Source: Eledone cirrhosa
Lineage: Eukaryota
Assembly: GCA_964016885.1 (NCBI GenBank)
Contig: OZ024748.1
Coordinates: 45,012,001 to 45,076,000 of the forward strand
DNA length: 64,000 bases
Direction of reading: 5' to 3'
This document shows, piece after piece, positions 11,354-23,859 of the stretch (position 1 is its first letter; every line of letters begins with the position of its first letter). Under the pieces are notes generated by a model. It worked only from the letters and a program-made list of their open reading frames with translations, was not told the DNA's origin and did not search any database. A program made the translations under genes and the position numbers.

Positions 11354-14300
11354 ATGGCTATGCTAAGAGTAGGCTGTTTAAATGCGCGTGGCCTGGGCTC
11401 AACTTGGAAGCAAGCAATGCTTCTAAATGACCTCAGGTCACAACGTATAGATGTGATGGTTATTTGCGAGGCCCGGATCAGCAACGTGCGACAGCTGGCC
11501 CCCACCTTTGATGACTTTGAGATGCACGCATCTCTCTGTCAGCCCGGAGGTGGGGGTGGAGTTGTCGTTCTGCTGCAAAAACATCTGGGTCTCGCAACAC
11601 AGATGGTACATTTGGACCCGGAGGGTCGACTAGTGGTTCTGGACCTTGGCAGTGGTAAAGGCGGAGCGTTTAGGTTGGTAGCCGCCTACGGCCCTTTCGG
11701 GTCAATGCGGCCGGACTTCTTCCATCGTCTGGAGACTTTTCTAGGGACGTCCCGCTCCTTGCTATTAGTGGGGGACTGGAATGGTATCCTAGATGCACGC
11801 TGGGACTACGTAGGGGCCTGCCCCGATAGAGAGGGGTGTAATAGCCTCAAAGGGTTAATCGGTCGATTTGACCTGGCCGATAGATATCGACTAGATTTTC
11901 CGACTGCGCCAACCTGGACTTGGGCAAATCGTAGCGGATCATCTAGGTCGTACCTAGATAGGTTCTTAGTTAGAATTAAGGATAAGGACTTTTTAAGTTG
12001 TCCAAAAATGCGCATGGTTGGCTATTCAGACCACAAATTAGTGACCTGCATGGTCAACCTTGACAGAACTCATAGACAGGGCCCCGGTTACTGGAAGCTC
12101 AACTTGTCCTTGCCGGCAAGTAGAGCCTACAGGAATCGGATTAGTACGTTAGTTAAGGAACGGTTGACTGGAGCGATCGTCAACAGCAGGTGGTGGGTAT
12201 CTCTAAAGAGAGAGATTAGAGTAGTCTCGATAGAATTTAGTAAGGTTCTAGCTGCGGATAGGAATAGGAAGGAAAGGGAGCTAATAGATAGAGTAGAAGA
12301 GGCAATTAGAAGCGGCGACGTGGCCAGAGTGCTAGCGTCGAGAACGGCTTTGAGCCAGTTTTTCGACGCGAAGCACGAAGGCTGCGTTGTCCGAAGTAAA
12401 ATACGTGCTCTAGGGAACGAGGGGGCCAAAGCTGTTAGCTGGGCCCGCGTGACAGAGGCCAACAGTGGAACTAAATCCACCATCCGGTCTTTGCGAGACC
12501 TGGATGGACGGGCGATTCTTGAGCCTAAGCAGATGTGTGAGGCCTTTCAAAGGCACTTTGCCCGACTGTTCGGGAGGGGCGGGGAGCCGGTTGGGAACGT
12601 GGACTTCGGTCCATACCTCGACGGCCTGCCGCGCCTCTCGGACAGGGAGGCGAAGTCCTGCGAGGAGCCGATTTCGGCCGCTGAGATAGAGGACGTGCTG
12701 AGCCAATGCGGCAAACGCAAATCCCCGGGTCTCGATGGTCTTCCTTACGAATTATATCTAGCTATGCCGGACTTGTTCCCCGATCTCCTCGAGGCGGTCT
12801 ACTGCAACTGGCAACAGAACGGGAGAATTCCCTGTACTGTGACCAAGGGCGTAGTCACGCTAGTGAGGAAGGACGAGAACAAGGGGGACGAAATAAGTAA
12901 CTTCAGGCCCATAACACTGCTAAATACAGAGTTACAGATTTTGGCCAAGGTGCTAGCAAAGAGGTTGGCGCTTGTCGTGGGCAACCTGGTGGGAGATGCG
13001 CAGACATGCGCTATCCCGTCCAGGTCCATCCATGACAACCTCCACCTCATGCGATACATCATAGAGAGGGTTGGGAACGAACCCGGCTTTGGTGGGGCTC
13101 TGATCAACTTGGATCAATCTAAGGCGTTCGATAGGGTCGACCATGGTTACCTGGATGCGGTGCTAGCGGCGGCAGGCTTCGGACCCGTTTTCAGGGGCTG
13201 GATCACTGCTATGCACAGCAGCCGCATCTGCTCTAGGGTCAAGGTGAACGGCTACCTCTCGGAGCCGTTCAAAATCGCGCGGTCCATCCGACAAGGGTGC
13301 CCTCTCTCCTCCCTTCTGTATGTGTTGACTCTCGAGCCACTACTGCGGAAGTTGGAGTTGTTGCAGGGCATCCCTTTGGAACCGGGATTGCGGAAAGCGG
13401 TGTCGGCCTACGCCGATGACGTGACAGTAATGGTGTCGACGGCCTCCGAAATCGAGGCGGTCGGCACCTTACTGGAGGAGTACGAAAAGTTCACAGGGGC
13501 TAAGCTGAACCGGGACAAGTCGATCGGTTTGCAACTCGGCACGTGGAGGGGCAGACCGATGCCCTCCGATGGCGTCGTCGGACGCTGGACGGAGGGCCCG
13601 GTGAAGTTGCTCGGGATCTGGTTCGGACCGGACCTCCAGGTGGAGAAAAACTGGGCGGAGGTTACGAACAGGGTGTTTGCACTGACCCAGAAGTGGGCCA
13701 GTTGCAAACTATCCCTGAAAGGTCGGGCGGAGGTGGCGAACACCTACATAGCGTCCGTCATCTACTACCGCCTGACCGTAGTGCCCTGCCCAAGGGAAAC
13801 GCTCACCAAGATGGAGCGCGCGCTCTTCCAATTCCTTTGGAAGAGGCGGGCTCCTATGGTGAGGAGATCCATCTGCTGTCAACACCCTTCGAAAGGAGGG
13901 CTGGGGATGCCGTGGCTAATGATGCGTAAACACGCATTAAGGCTACGGCACCTCTACGTATTCCTCACCGGACAACCGGTGTGGGCCTCGTTTGTGAGAC
14001 GAACCTTTCCCAGACTCGTCTCACTCACCGAGCTGCAATCCTGGGTCAAGCAAAGACCGAGAAAACTGGGCGCCTGGCACACTGAGTGTGCCCAGGCGCT
14101 CACCGCCCTCTGGCAGGCGGATCCGGTTATCAGTGGAGACTCCACCGCAACATTCTATAGAGGGCTGGTGCGCAGCAGGTGCGACGACGCCCTCGGAGAA
14201 GCCCTAGACATGGAGGAGGACGAACTGGCCAGCCTGTTCGGTAGGACATTCAGCCCGGGACCTATGGACAACTTCCAGAAGTCCCTGGCCTGGCAGTGCT

Positions 14301-14791
14301 ACCGAGGGGCTTTACCCGTTCGAGAAAGGCTCTACAGACACGGGCGCCCGGGTAGGGACCCCGCCAAAAAGATCTGTCCCAGATGCGTGTGCGACGAGGA
14401 AACCGTTGCACACGCATTAGTACACTGCTCGGGCGTAGCCGATCTGTGGGGCTATGTCGAACAACTGCTGTCAAGGGTGGGACCGATCCGGTTGACCACC
14501 GAGTCTATTGTAATGATCAAGCCGCCTCCCCCCTTCAAAGATGAAGCAGAGGCGGTGTTTCTGTGCGTAATAGCCATGGCGAAAGAGGTTGTATGGTGGA
14601 CGCGTCTGAAAGGACTGAGGTCGGGCACCTTTCTCTCTGGCCAACAACTGGTCCGTTTCTTCCGATATCATTTCGGAAGAAGGATCAGGATGGAGAGAGA
14701 GGTGCTGCACCCCAGCCGTTTCTATGAAAGATGGGTGAAAGTGGCGAGAATGGCCCGTGTGAATGGGCCTTCACTCTACATCAGACTATAG
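11354..14791 (+). CDS. LINE ORF2p: APE endonuclease, reverse transcriptase, C-terminal CCHC
   Basis: CLNARG, ICE, GDWN, YLDRF, SDH (APE); PGLDG, RPITLLN, DQSKAFD, QGCPLS, YADD (RT); CPRC..ETVAHALVHC; first ATG at 11354. Confidence 0.96.
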   Translation: MAMLRVGCLNARGLGSTWKQAMLLNDLRSQRIDVMVICEARISNVRQLAPTFDDFEMHASLCQPGGGGGVVVLLQKHLGLATQMVHLDPEGRLVVLDLGSGKGGAFRLVAAYGPFGSMRPDFFHRLETFLGTSRSLLLVGDWNGILDARWDYVGACPDREGCNSLKGLIGRFDLADRYRLDFPTAPTWTWANRSGSSRSYLDRFLVRIKDKDFLSCPKMRMVGYSDHKLVTCMVNLDRTHRQGPGYWKLNLSLPASRAYRNRISTLVKERLTGAIVNSRWWVSLKREIRVVSIEFSKVLAADRNRKERELIDRVEEAIRSGDVARVLASRTALSQFFDAKHEGCVVRSKIRALGNEGAKAVSWARVTEANSGTKSTIRSLRDLDGRAILEPKQMCEAFQRHFARLFGRGGEPVGNVDFGPYLDGLPRLSDREAKSCEEPISAAEIEDVLSQCGKRKSPGLDGLPYELYLAMPDLFPDLLEAVYCNWQQNGRIPCTVTKGVVTLVRKDENKGDEISNFRPITLLNTELQILAKVLAKRLALVVGNLVGDAQTCAIPSRSIHDNLHLMRYIIERVGNEPGFGGALINLDQSKAFDRVDHGYLDAVLAAAGFGPVFRGWITAMHSSRICSRVKVNGYLSEPFKIARSIRQGCPLSSLLYVLTLEPLLRKLELLQGIPLEPGLRKAVSAYADDVTVMVSTASEIEAVGTLLEEYEKFTGAKLNRDKSIGLQLGTWRGRPMPSDGVVGRWTEGPVKLLGIWFGPDLQVEKNWAEVTNRVFALTQKWASCKLSLKGRAEVANTYIASVIYYRLTVVPCPRETLTKMERALFQFLWKRRAPMVRRSICCQHPSKGGLGMPWLMMRKHALRLRHLYVFLTGQPVWASFVRRTFPRLVSLTELQSWVKQRPRKLGAWHTECAQALTALWQADPVISGDSTATFYRGLVRSRCDDALGEALDMEEDELASLFGRTFSPGPMDNFQKSLAWQCYRGALPVRERLYRHGRPGRDPAKKICPRCVCDEETVAHALVHCSGVADLWGYVEQLLSRVGPIRLTTESIVMIKPPPPFKDEAEAVFLCVIAMAKEVVWWTRLKGLRSGTFLSGQQLVRFFRYHFGRRIRMEREVLHPSRFYERWVKVARMARVNGPSLYIRL

Positions 14792-15409
14792 GTGAGGAAG
14801 ATGAAAGACCAAGGGAGCACCCCTTCTCTGTGCTCCTGAGAAGAAGGGTTGCACACTTTTTCGGGGGTGTGTGCGACCCCCCAAGGCGCCTCCTCTCTAT
14901 TGAGGATTTTGTTAAAAATTTTATTTTTTGTTATATCTTATTTTATTTTTATATTTTGTTATTGCCTCCTCCTTATTGAGGACGCCTTTTTGTGTAAACT
15001 CCCCCCTTTGTACTTGTCCCACTTTTGATGCCCTAGTGGCAAATAAAAGAAATATATCTTATATAAGGACAAGATACGTAAGATTATGGCCTTCTGATCA
15101 TACCTTTACTCGATTAGCTAAAATAAACAACCAAATTTCTCTTTATCACTATAATATATTCAGATCAGTATTTCTCAGAATGGCTTATGCCCCAAAATTC
15201 TTCCGTTCTGCGAGATAAGATGTCTTTTATATAAATAAATTATCTTTCTTACAACATATTTTTTGTTTTATTGGCATTTAATATTTTTTGTCTAATGTTA
15301 TATTCGATGTCTTCTTAGGTAGCGAGGATTGTCGTTAAACTACATGTATGGAAAAATAGCACAACGGTTCTCATACAAAATAAGCACGTGTATGAACTAT
15401 TGCAATAGA

Positions 15410-15726
15410 TAATTGTTTCTACTTTAGGCACAAGGCCAGCAATTACCCAGTGCATTACTGGTACTTTATTTTATGCCACAAAGCATGTTATGCGTGGCTC
15501 TACCGATACTACTCGTCCACTGCCCTTCTTTAAGGAATAATAATTGTTTCTACTTTAGGCACAAGGCCAGCAGTTACCCAGTGCATTACTAGTACTTTAT
15601 TTTATCGACCCCGTAAGGATGAAAGGCAAAGTCAACCTCGGCGGGATTTGAACTCAGATCGTAAAGGGACGTAACTATGCTGGAAAGCATGACGTCCGAC
15701 CCTCTACCGATACTGCCAATCCACCG
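15410..15726 (-). mobile_element. tRNA-derived SINE (15541-15726) plus a partial or deleted copy (15410-15525)
   Basis: Matches the SINE family over its full length. Confidence 0.85.
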
Positions 15727-15870
15727 TAGTCGTAATTATGCCTACAACGATGTGCTGCTCATGGCTGAAGAAGCGATCATGTGACAACTGTTTCACCATC
15801 GGTTCGGATCATCAGGTAGGCCTATTAAACAACTTTCATTCTAGGAATGTTTAATCCAGCATTCTATCAC

Positions 15871-15947
<77 letters not shown>

Positions 15948-16041
15948 AGTATGTATGTATACGTACATACATATATGTATGTACGTATACATACATACTT
16001 ACATATACTTACATACATACTTACATACATACTTACATATA

Positions 16042-16120
16042 TTACAAACGGACAAAGCGGGCGTTATAATAAACGTCCGCTAAACTGATACGTACATATA
16101 TGTATGTGTACCTGTATGTA

Positions 16121-16194
<74 letters not shown>

Positions 16195-16638
16195 TGCTAC
16201 TGTACCTCTGTATACATATATGTATGTACGTATACATACATACTTACATTTAAGTAAGTGCCGTACTAAGAGTGAGAAATGAAATTTCGTTTTCATTCTA
16301 TTACAACTTATCGTTTTCGGTGCGCCTGGCCGACAGAACTCACTCGATATGCAAATTAGGCTGCTCAGCCGTTAATTTCCATAAGGAAAGTATATACTTT
16401 CGAACGTTCAACCATCTGGCAGAAGGGTATACGGTGCTGATGATAGCTAAGAAGCTTGAAACTAGTACATCGTTCCTGTGTCAGTGTTGAACAAAAAGGT
16501 GACGCGGTTGCCTTAACACCGTACGGCATAAATTCAGGCTGTTCAGTTTGTTTACAAACGGACAAAGCGGGCGTTATAATAAACGTCCACTAAACTGATA
16601 CGTACATACATGTATGTGTACCTGTATGTATATATGTA

Positions 16639-16720
<82 letters not shown>

Positions 16721-16832
16721 TGCTACTGTACGTCTGTATACATATATGTATGTACGTATACATACATACTTACATTTAAGTAAGTGCCGTACTAAGAGTG
16801 AGAAATGAAATTTCGTTTTCATTCTATTACAA

Positions 16833-16836
<4 letters not shown>
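16042..16836 (+). mobile_element. Hammerhead-containing non-autonomous tandem element (retrozyme-like), about 1.5 units of 510 bp
   Basis: TTACAAACGGACAAAGCGGGCG at 16042 and 16552; hammerhead at 16431-16473; homologue on - strand at 23860-24605. Confidence 0.8.
16431..16473 (+). ncRNA. Minimal type-I hammerhead ribozyme (intact core)
   Basis: ACGGTG-CTGATGA-TAGCTAAGAAGCTT-GAAA-CTA-GTA-CATCGT: 6-bp stem I, AGCT/AGCT stem II, palindromic ACTAGT stem III, GUA triplet. Confidence 0.88.
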
Positions 16837-16877
<41 letters not shown>

Positions 16878-16882
<5 letters not shown>

Positions 16883-17354
16883 TGATCGAGTATCGAAAAA
16901 TCGGCGCATGAGTTAACGATAAACAAAATTCGAAACGAGCGGCAGAGGGCTCAATAATTCAGATAAATCAGAGCTATAACTATCGTTAAAATACCGTCAC
17001 ACATAGAACAAGTCTAAAATCAACCGCACGATAATAAATCGATAGCAGAAGATTCGGGACACTCAGATAAAAAATATCAATAAATTAATAATTTAAATGA
17101 ATGTAAAATCATACCCGGACCCACTAGAAAGGTGTTAAATCTAGCTTCTTGGGTTTCTGTAAATCCTTAAACTTTACTCTATCAGCTCACATATAAATAT
17201 ATAAGACTTCTAGAATTCAGCGGACTGGAAATTTACTTCTTCAACGAGCCTTCGTCCGAACGGATATGAAGGCTAAATCCAGGCAAAATACGCACATGGA
17301 ATTCGGCAAGGGAGATAACCTCTACATCCGCGAAAACTATTCGAAAAAATGTGG

Positions 17355-17358
<4 letters not shown>
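16878..17358. repeat. Interspersed repeat in (TA)n; partial reverse copy at 48172-48270
   Basis: GATCGAGTATCGAAAAATCGGCGC..GCGGCAGAGGGCTCAATAATTCAGAT shared. Confidence 0.65.
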
Positions 17359-17403
<45 letters not shown>

Positions 17404-17419
17404 TATATATATGTATATA

Positions 17420-17823
<404 letters not shown>

Positions 17824-17941
17824 ATATATATATATTTATTAATATATTTGCTCTACGGTTCTTATATATTTGATATTCGAGCCCTCTTTGGATTTGAGTC
17901 TTCAAATTTATTATTATTACTATATATATATATATATATAT

Positions 17942-18013
<72 letters not shown>

Positions 18014-18017
18014 ACAC

Positions 18018-18078
<61 letters not shown>

Positions 18079-18482
18079 TAAAATAAGTTGGATTACTTTG
18101 AATAAATAATAAATGAATATTATGTAATTTATCTACTAAATTTCGTAGCTCTTCATTAAACATAAGTATTCTTATATATAAAGTATTGCTTATTTTAACA
18201 TTCACTTCCTTAAAATTTTCAAATGTCAACACTTCCGGTAAGCGTCCGTTATATCATAACACTCATCGCTTAAATAAACATACATATATTTGCATCGTTA
18301 TATAAGGTTTATATTTCCGTCGCTAATTTTATCTTTATTCATTTTCATAGCATTTTAGTTTATCATATATGCTATTTAAATATAATACTAGCTGGCCCGT
18401 CCGGCTGGCGCTCGGTTGGTATACCTGCCCCCACCACTCCACTGCAAAGATAGCACACACCCTCCCGTGTCACATTGTCCTT

Positions 18483-18534
<52 letters not shown>

Positions 18535-18643
18535 AACTAACACTTTAATTGTATCGCTCTCTGTCTAACGGCCTTTCTCTCTCTTTTCCCCCTCCCTCTG
18601 TTTTTCTGTCTCTCTCTGTAGATGTGTGTGTGTGTAATTTTCC

Positions 18644-18691
<48 letters not shown>

Positions 18692-19007
18692 CTATGTGTA
18701 TATATTGAAGGGAGATACGGAAACTAAAACAGTGTTGTCATATAGAGAGTGAAGAGCGACAGAGAGAGTAAAGCAGTTAAATTATAAAGAGGGGGAATAG
18801 ATTGTCTTTTTTTAATGTATCATGGATTACTTTACCGATTACAGAAGACAGTGTAACTTAGACTTCGTTCAATTTCTGTGTATGTTGTCAATTAAGATTT
18901 TATTTGATGTATCATATCTACATGTATATATATTTGCGTATAATATCAATATACACACTACACATGCTAGCAGAAAACCACCCGAAGGTGGTTTTTCTGC
19001 TAGTATA

Positions 19008-19060
<53 letters not shown>

Positions 19061-19062
<2 letters not shown>

Positions 19063-19335
19063 AGAGTATTGAAGTTTGCTTGAAGCATTGTGGAACAATA
19101 AGTAAATATCTTTAAGTCGTTTGCAAATGGGTAAATCTCCGGGTAACAAGATCCGGTGTTGTTATTTTAATTTTACCCTTTATACTCTTCCCTTCATTCT
19201 ACACATCTCACACATCTTATACACACCACGCATCTCAACGTACACCCACTTACATCTCTCTCCACCACCGGACCTTGTTACCCGGAGATTTACCCATTTG
19301 CATTGTCGAGGCTTCCAAACGACTTAAAGATATTT
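19061..19335. mobile_element. Short inverted-structure repeat, same family as 48587-49207
   Basis: AGAGAGTATTGAAGTTTGCTTGAAGCATTGTGGAA start and inverted arm shared. Confidence 0.75.
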
Positions 19336-19439
19336 ATATATATATATATATATATACGTTATTCCGGGTTGAATCGGAGGTAACCACAGTAAGTAGGGTA
19401 CTCAATACATAGCAGAGTATAACAGTTTTAATATAGATG

Positions 19440-19490
19440 AGATTCTACAGGACTAGAACTGTTTCATTATTTAGAAATCATCAGGAATCT
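19440..19490 (-). ncRNA. Type-I hammerhead motif (weak stem II)
   Basis: Reverse complement AGATTC-CTGATGA-TTTCTAAATAAT-GAAA-CAGTTCTAGTCCT-GTA-GAATCT. Confidence 0.65.
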
Positions 19491-19941
19491 GGCTTTCCAA
19501 AAATAAATGTTGTATTTATAGCTCTTTTCAGGTGGTAGGAGAGGGTGGGGAGTGGAATGGGTAGAGGTCATTGGTTGATAGAAAGGGATTCATTAAAAGC
19601 TAATTCTTTAAAGTTATTCTTTAAATTTATATTTAGAGTGACAAAGGCAGAAAGAATTCTATAAACAAGTTAGTTCAGAATGGGGTGCCACTCCTTATTT
19701 TAAAGTTTCTCTTAAGCTAACAATGCCTATATTTCAGGTGTCTATAAGATCGTTGGGGGTCGGTCATGGTTGATGGATTTAAAGAAAAGGGAAATTCTTT
19801 AACAACTAATTCTTTAAAGTTCTACTTAGAGTGACAAAGGCCAAGAGAATTCTATAGGCCAGTTCAAAATATTGGGTGCTTATCATATCATTATCTTAAA
19901 ATTTCTCTTAAGCTACATTCCAGGTGTCGACAGACACATTG

Positions 19942-20125
<184 letters not shown>

Positions 20126-20441
20126 GAATGTATATATAGTGTATTTTGCAATACACTGTATGCTTAATTAAAAGCATTTCGAAGACCTTATGCTATTGTT
20201 TTAGAGTAGTGACAGTCTCACTTACTTTAAATTTTCAGGAAACAGGGGAGATAAAGCTGACAGAGCTATGTTTCGTACTGATTGGTACTTATCAAAGCCA
20301 AATACTCCACCTGTTTGCTGAAAATCATCAATGTTTGATTCTTATAGAATTTCTAGTAATAATCAGGAACTGATTATACAGAGCGGTTGCCAGTCAAGCA
20401 GAAATTGAAAATTAGAATTGGCGCTCTGAAATCGTGATATA

Positions 20442-20503
<62 letters not shown>

Positions 20504-20570
20504 TACACATATATATATATACACACATATATATACATATATATATATATATATACATATATATACATAT

Positions 20571-20641
<71 letters not shown>

Positions 20642-20648
20642 CATACAT

Positions 20649-20681
<33 letters not shown>

Positions 20682-20921
20682 CACATACATACACACATAT
20701 ATATATACATATATACATATATACATACACATACACATATATATATATACAAATATACATACATATATATACACAAACATACACATATACACATACACAC
20801 ACACATACACACACATATATACATACATATATACATATACTCTTACATATATATATATACACACATATATATAAATATTAAAATACAAATATTAATAAAA
20901 TAGATGTTCTTTTGATCAATT

Positions 20922-20978
20922 ACATTTTATTATATATATTTCGGATGTACAACAGTACGTCCTCATCAGACAAAATAT
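20922..20978 (-). ncRNA. Minimal type-I hammerhead ribozyme in a short element (20880-21065) homologous to 62851-63020
   Basis: Reverse complement ATATTTTGT-CTGATGA-GGACGTAC(TGTT)GTACATCC-GAAA-TATAT-ATA-ATAAAATGT. Confidence 0.85.
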
Positions 20979-21062
20979 AATGATACATGAAATACCCTGA
21001 GATGTTAAATGGTTAAGATTTAATCAAGGTAGTCACCACCTTGATTAAATCTTAACCATTTC

Positions 21063-21112
<50 letters not shown>

Positions 21113-21147
21113 TTGTACTGAGAGTGAGAAAGTAAATTTCATTTTTT

Positions 21148-21188
<41 letters not shown>

Positions 21189-21279
21189 GAACGATCGACT
21201 TTCGTCAAATCGGACCGACGAAACAATGTTTCCGCCGGTCTTTCCAATTGCTAATACTATCTATCGGTCGCAACTCCAG

Positions 21280-21366
21280 GTAGAAGGAGCAACGTGAAAT
21301 AAAGTGTCTTGCTCAAGGACATAACGCATCGCCCTGTCCAGGAATCGAACTCACAACCTTACGATA
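21280..21366 (-). mobile_element. Fragment of a second tRNA-SINE type
   Basis: Reverse complement GGTTGTGAGTTCGATTCCTGG..GTCCTTGAGCAAGACACTT (B box plus SINE body motif). Confidence 0.55.
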
Positions 21367-21499
21367 TATATATATATATATAATGTAAAAACCCGACCTA
21401 CAAGAACTCGTTCAATGCCCGGGCATTGCTGACCGTTTTGTGTATGACGCATTCGGCTATCAACTGAATCCATCGTGAAGATGGCCTCACTGTCTTCCT

Positions 21500-21870
21500 T
21501 TAACCGGAAAAGTCTGTCTTTATATGTCTGGTGGTCATGGAAAAAGAGGTTGTATGGCCGTCTCGATTAATGGGGCTGAAGAGAAACACTTTCTTCTTTA
21601 ATGAATCCCTCATCAACTTCTTCAAGTTTCATTTGAAGATGAATTTCAGTGTGATGAGGGAGGTTTTACGTTGTAGCCATTTTTTTGAATGGTGGAGCAT
21701 GGTCCGAGTAAATAGGCCCGCCCTAAGTATACGCCTTTAAACCGGAGCTAAAGAACTAAGAGGGGACACTTGATCTTGAGGTCAGGGCAACCGTGGTTTT
21801 ATGGGGTTTTTCCACCAATAGCCCTCGGGTACCTCCTTCCTATTGAGGAACACCCATGGTTAATATTCTA
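21500..21870 (+). mobile_element. Old diverged Tx1-family 3' fragment
   Basis: CATGGAAAAAGAGGTTGTATGG..ATGGTCCGAGTAAATAGGCC aligns to 14576-14770. Confidence 0.65.
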
Positions 21871-21889
21871 TTGTTTCCTCCCTCTATTA

Positions 21890-22410
21890 TTAACCTCGGC
21901 GAGATTCTGAGTTCAAATCCCGCCTAGGTTAACTTTGCCTTTCATCATTACGGGGTTGATAAAATAAAGTACCAGTAAGGCACTGGGGTAAGTGCTGGCC
22001 TTGTGCCAAATGTAGAAACAATTACTAACTTCTTTACACGCAAAACCGACACATCAACACACACAGACACACACAAACATACAAACACACACACACACAC
22101 CAACACACGCACACAAACACACAAACACACCAACACATACACACAGACACACGCACACACACACACACACACAATATTTTCTCCTGTGCCGTTCTTCTTC
22201 CGGAGTCGATAAAATAGAGTACCAGTAACGCACTGGAGTCAATTTAATTGACTTTCCCCTCCCCCAAATTGCTGGCCTTGTTCCTAAAGCAGAAACCATT
22301 ATTATTTTCCTCCGAGTTCTAATTCCACCGAGGTCAAATTCTCTTTCATCCGAATATTTAATCGATAACCCAAACCCCTCACAGCTCTGGTCCCTAAAGT
22401 AGAAAACCAT
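21890..22410 (+). mobile_element. Cluster of SINE copies and fragments
   Basis: SINE core at 21905-22025, 22200-22300 and 22313-22410. Confidence 0.7.
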
Positions 22411-23097
22411 AATTTCTTCTTCTTCTTCTTCTTCTTCTTCTTCTTCTTCTTCTTCTTCTTCTTCTTCTTCTTCTTCTTCTTCTCCCCACTCTCTCTCTCG
22501 AATATTTTGTGAAAATCTTCAATTTCGAATATGATATAAAACTGAAATTAAAAACAAACAATAAAATAAAAATAAGCAATAAAATAAAAATAAACAATAA
22601 AATAAAAAAAAATTAAGCATAGAAAAATAATTAAATGCTAAAACGAATTAACGAAAAACAAAAAAAAAAAATGTAATTAAAAGTTAATATAAATTAAATG
22701 CTTTGTATTAATTTAATGTGAGGTGGGATTCGAAACCGTTTTATTTGTTTGAATTGTTTGTATGAAGTGTATTGTTGTTTCAGTAGTTGTTGTAATATAA
22801 ATATTTCAAACACAACGTATCTTATTCAATTATATATAACCATATGCTAGGAACATTTCTCATCTGAGAACATAGAACCTAATTATTTGTTTTCTCCCTC
22901 TGTGTTAGTTTGTGTGTGAGTATATATATATATATGTGTGTGTTAGTTTGTGTGTGTGCGTGTGTGTGTGTGTTAGTTTGTGTGTGTGCGTGTGTGTGTG
23001 TGTGTTAGTTTGTGTGTGTGTGTGTGGGAAAGAGTTATAAAGTTGATTTTATTAAGAATTATCGCGAAACCTTATGACATACGCATTGACATACACT

Positions 23098-23138
<41 letters not shown>

Positions 23139-23321
23139 GCATACGCATATATATGCACATATATGTATGCATGTATGTATGCATGTATGGCCATACTCGA
23201 TAACGAGGGGGCAGCCATCATGTATGTATGTATATATATATATGTATGTATGTATATATATATATTGTATGTATTTATATATATATATATAGTGTATGTA
23301 TATATATATATATTGTATGTA

Positions 23322-23360
<39 letters not shown>

Positions 23361-23401
23361 ATGTATATATATATATGTATGTATATATATATATATATAT
23401 G

Positions 23402-23450
<49 letters not shown>

Positions 23451-23859
23451 ATATATATTGTATGTATGTATGTATATATATATATATATTGTATGTATGT
23501 ATATATATATATATATATATTGTATGTATGTATGTATATATATATATATATTGTATGTATGTATATATATATATATATTGTATGTATGTATATATATATA
23601 TTGTATGTATGTATGTATATATATATATTGTATGTATGTATATATATATATTGTATGTATGTATGTATGTATATATATATATATTGTATGTATATATATA
23701 TACATATATATATGTATGTTTATATATATATTGTATGTATGTATATATATATGTATGTTTATATATATTGTATGTATATATATATATATGTATGTATATA
23801 TACATATATATATATGTTTATATATATATTGTATGTATGTACATATATATATATATATA

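Larger units (their letters stand above)
9321..15054 (+). mobile_element. Full-length L1/Tx1-clade non-LTR retrotransposon
   Basis: Two open ORFs, 3'UTR ending GTGGCAAATAAAAGAAATA, 8-bp target-site duplication TATCTTAT (9313-9320 / 15055-15062). Confidence 0.93.
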
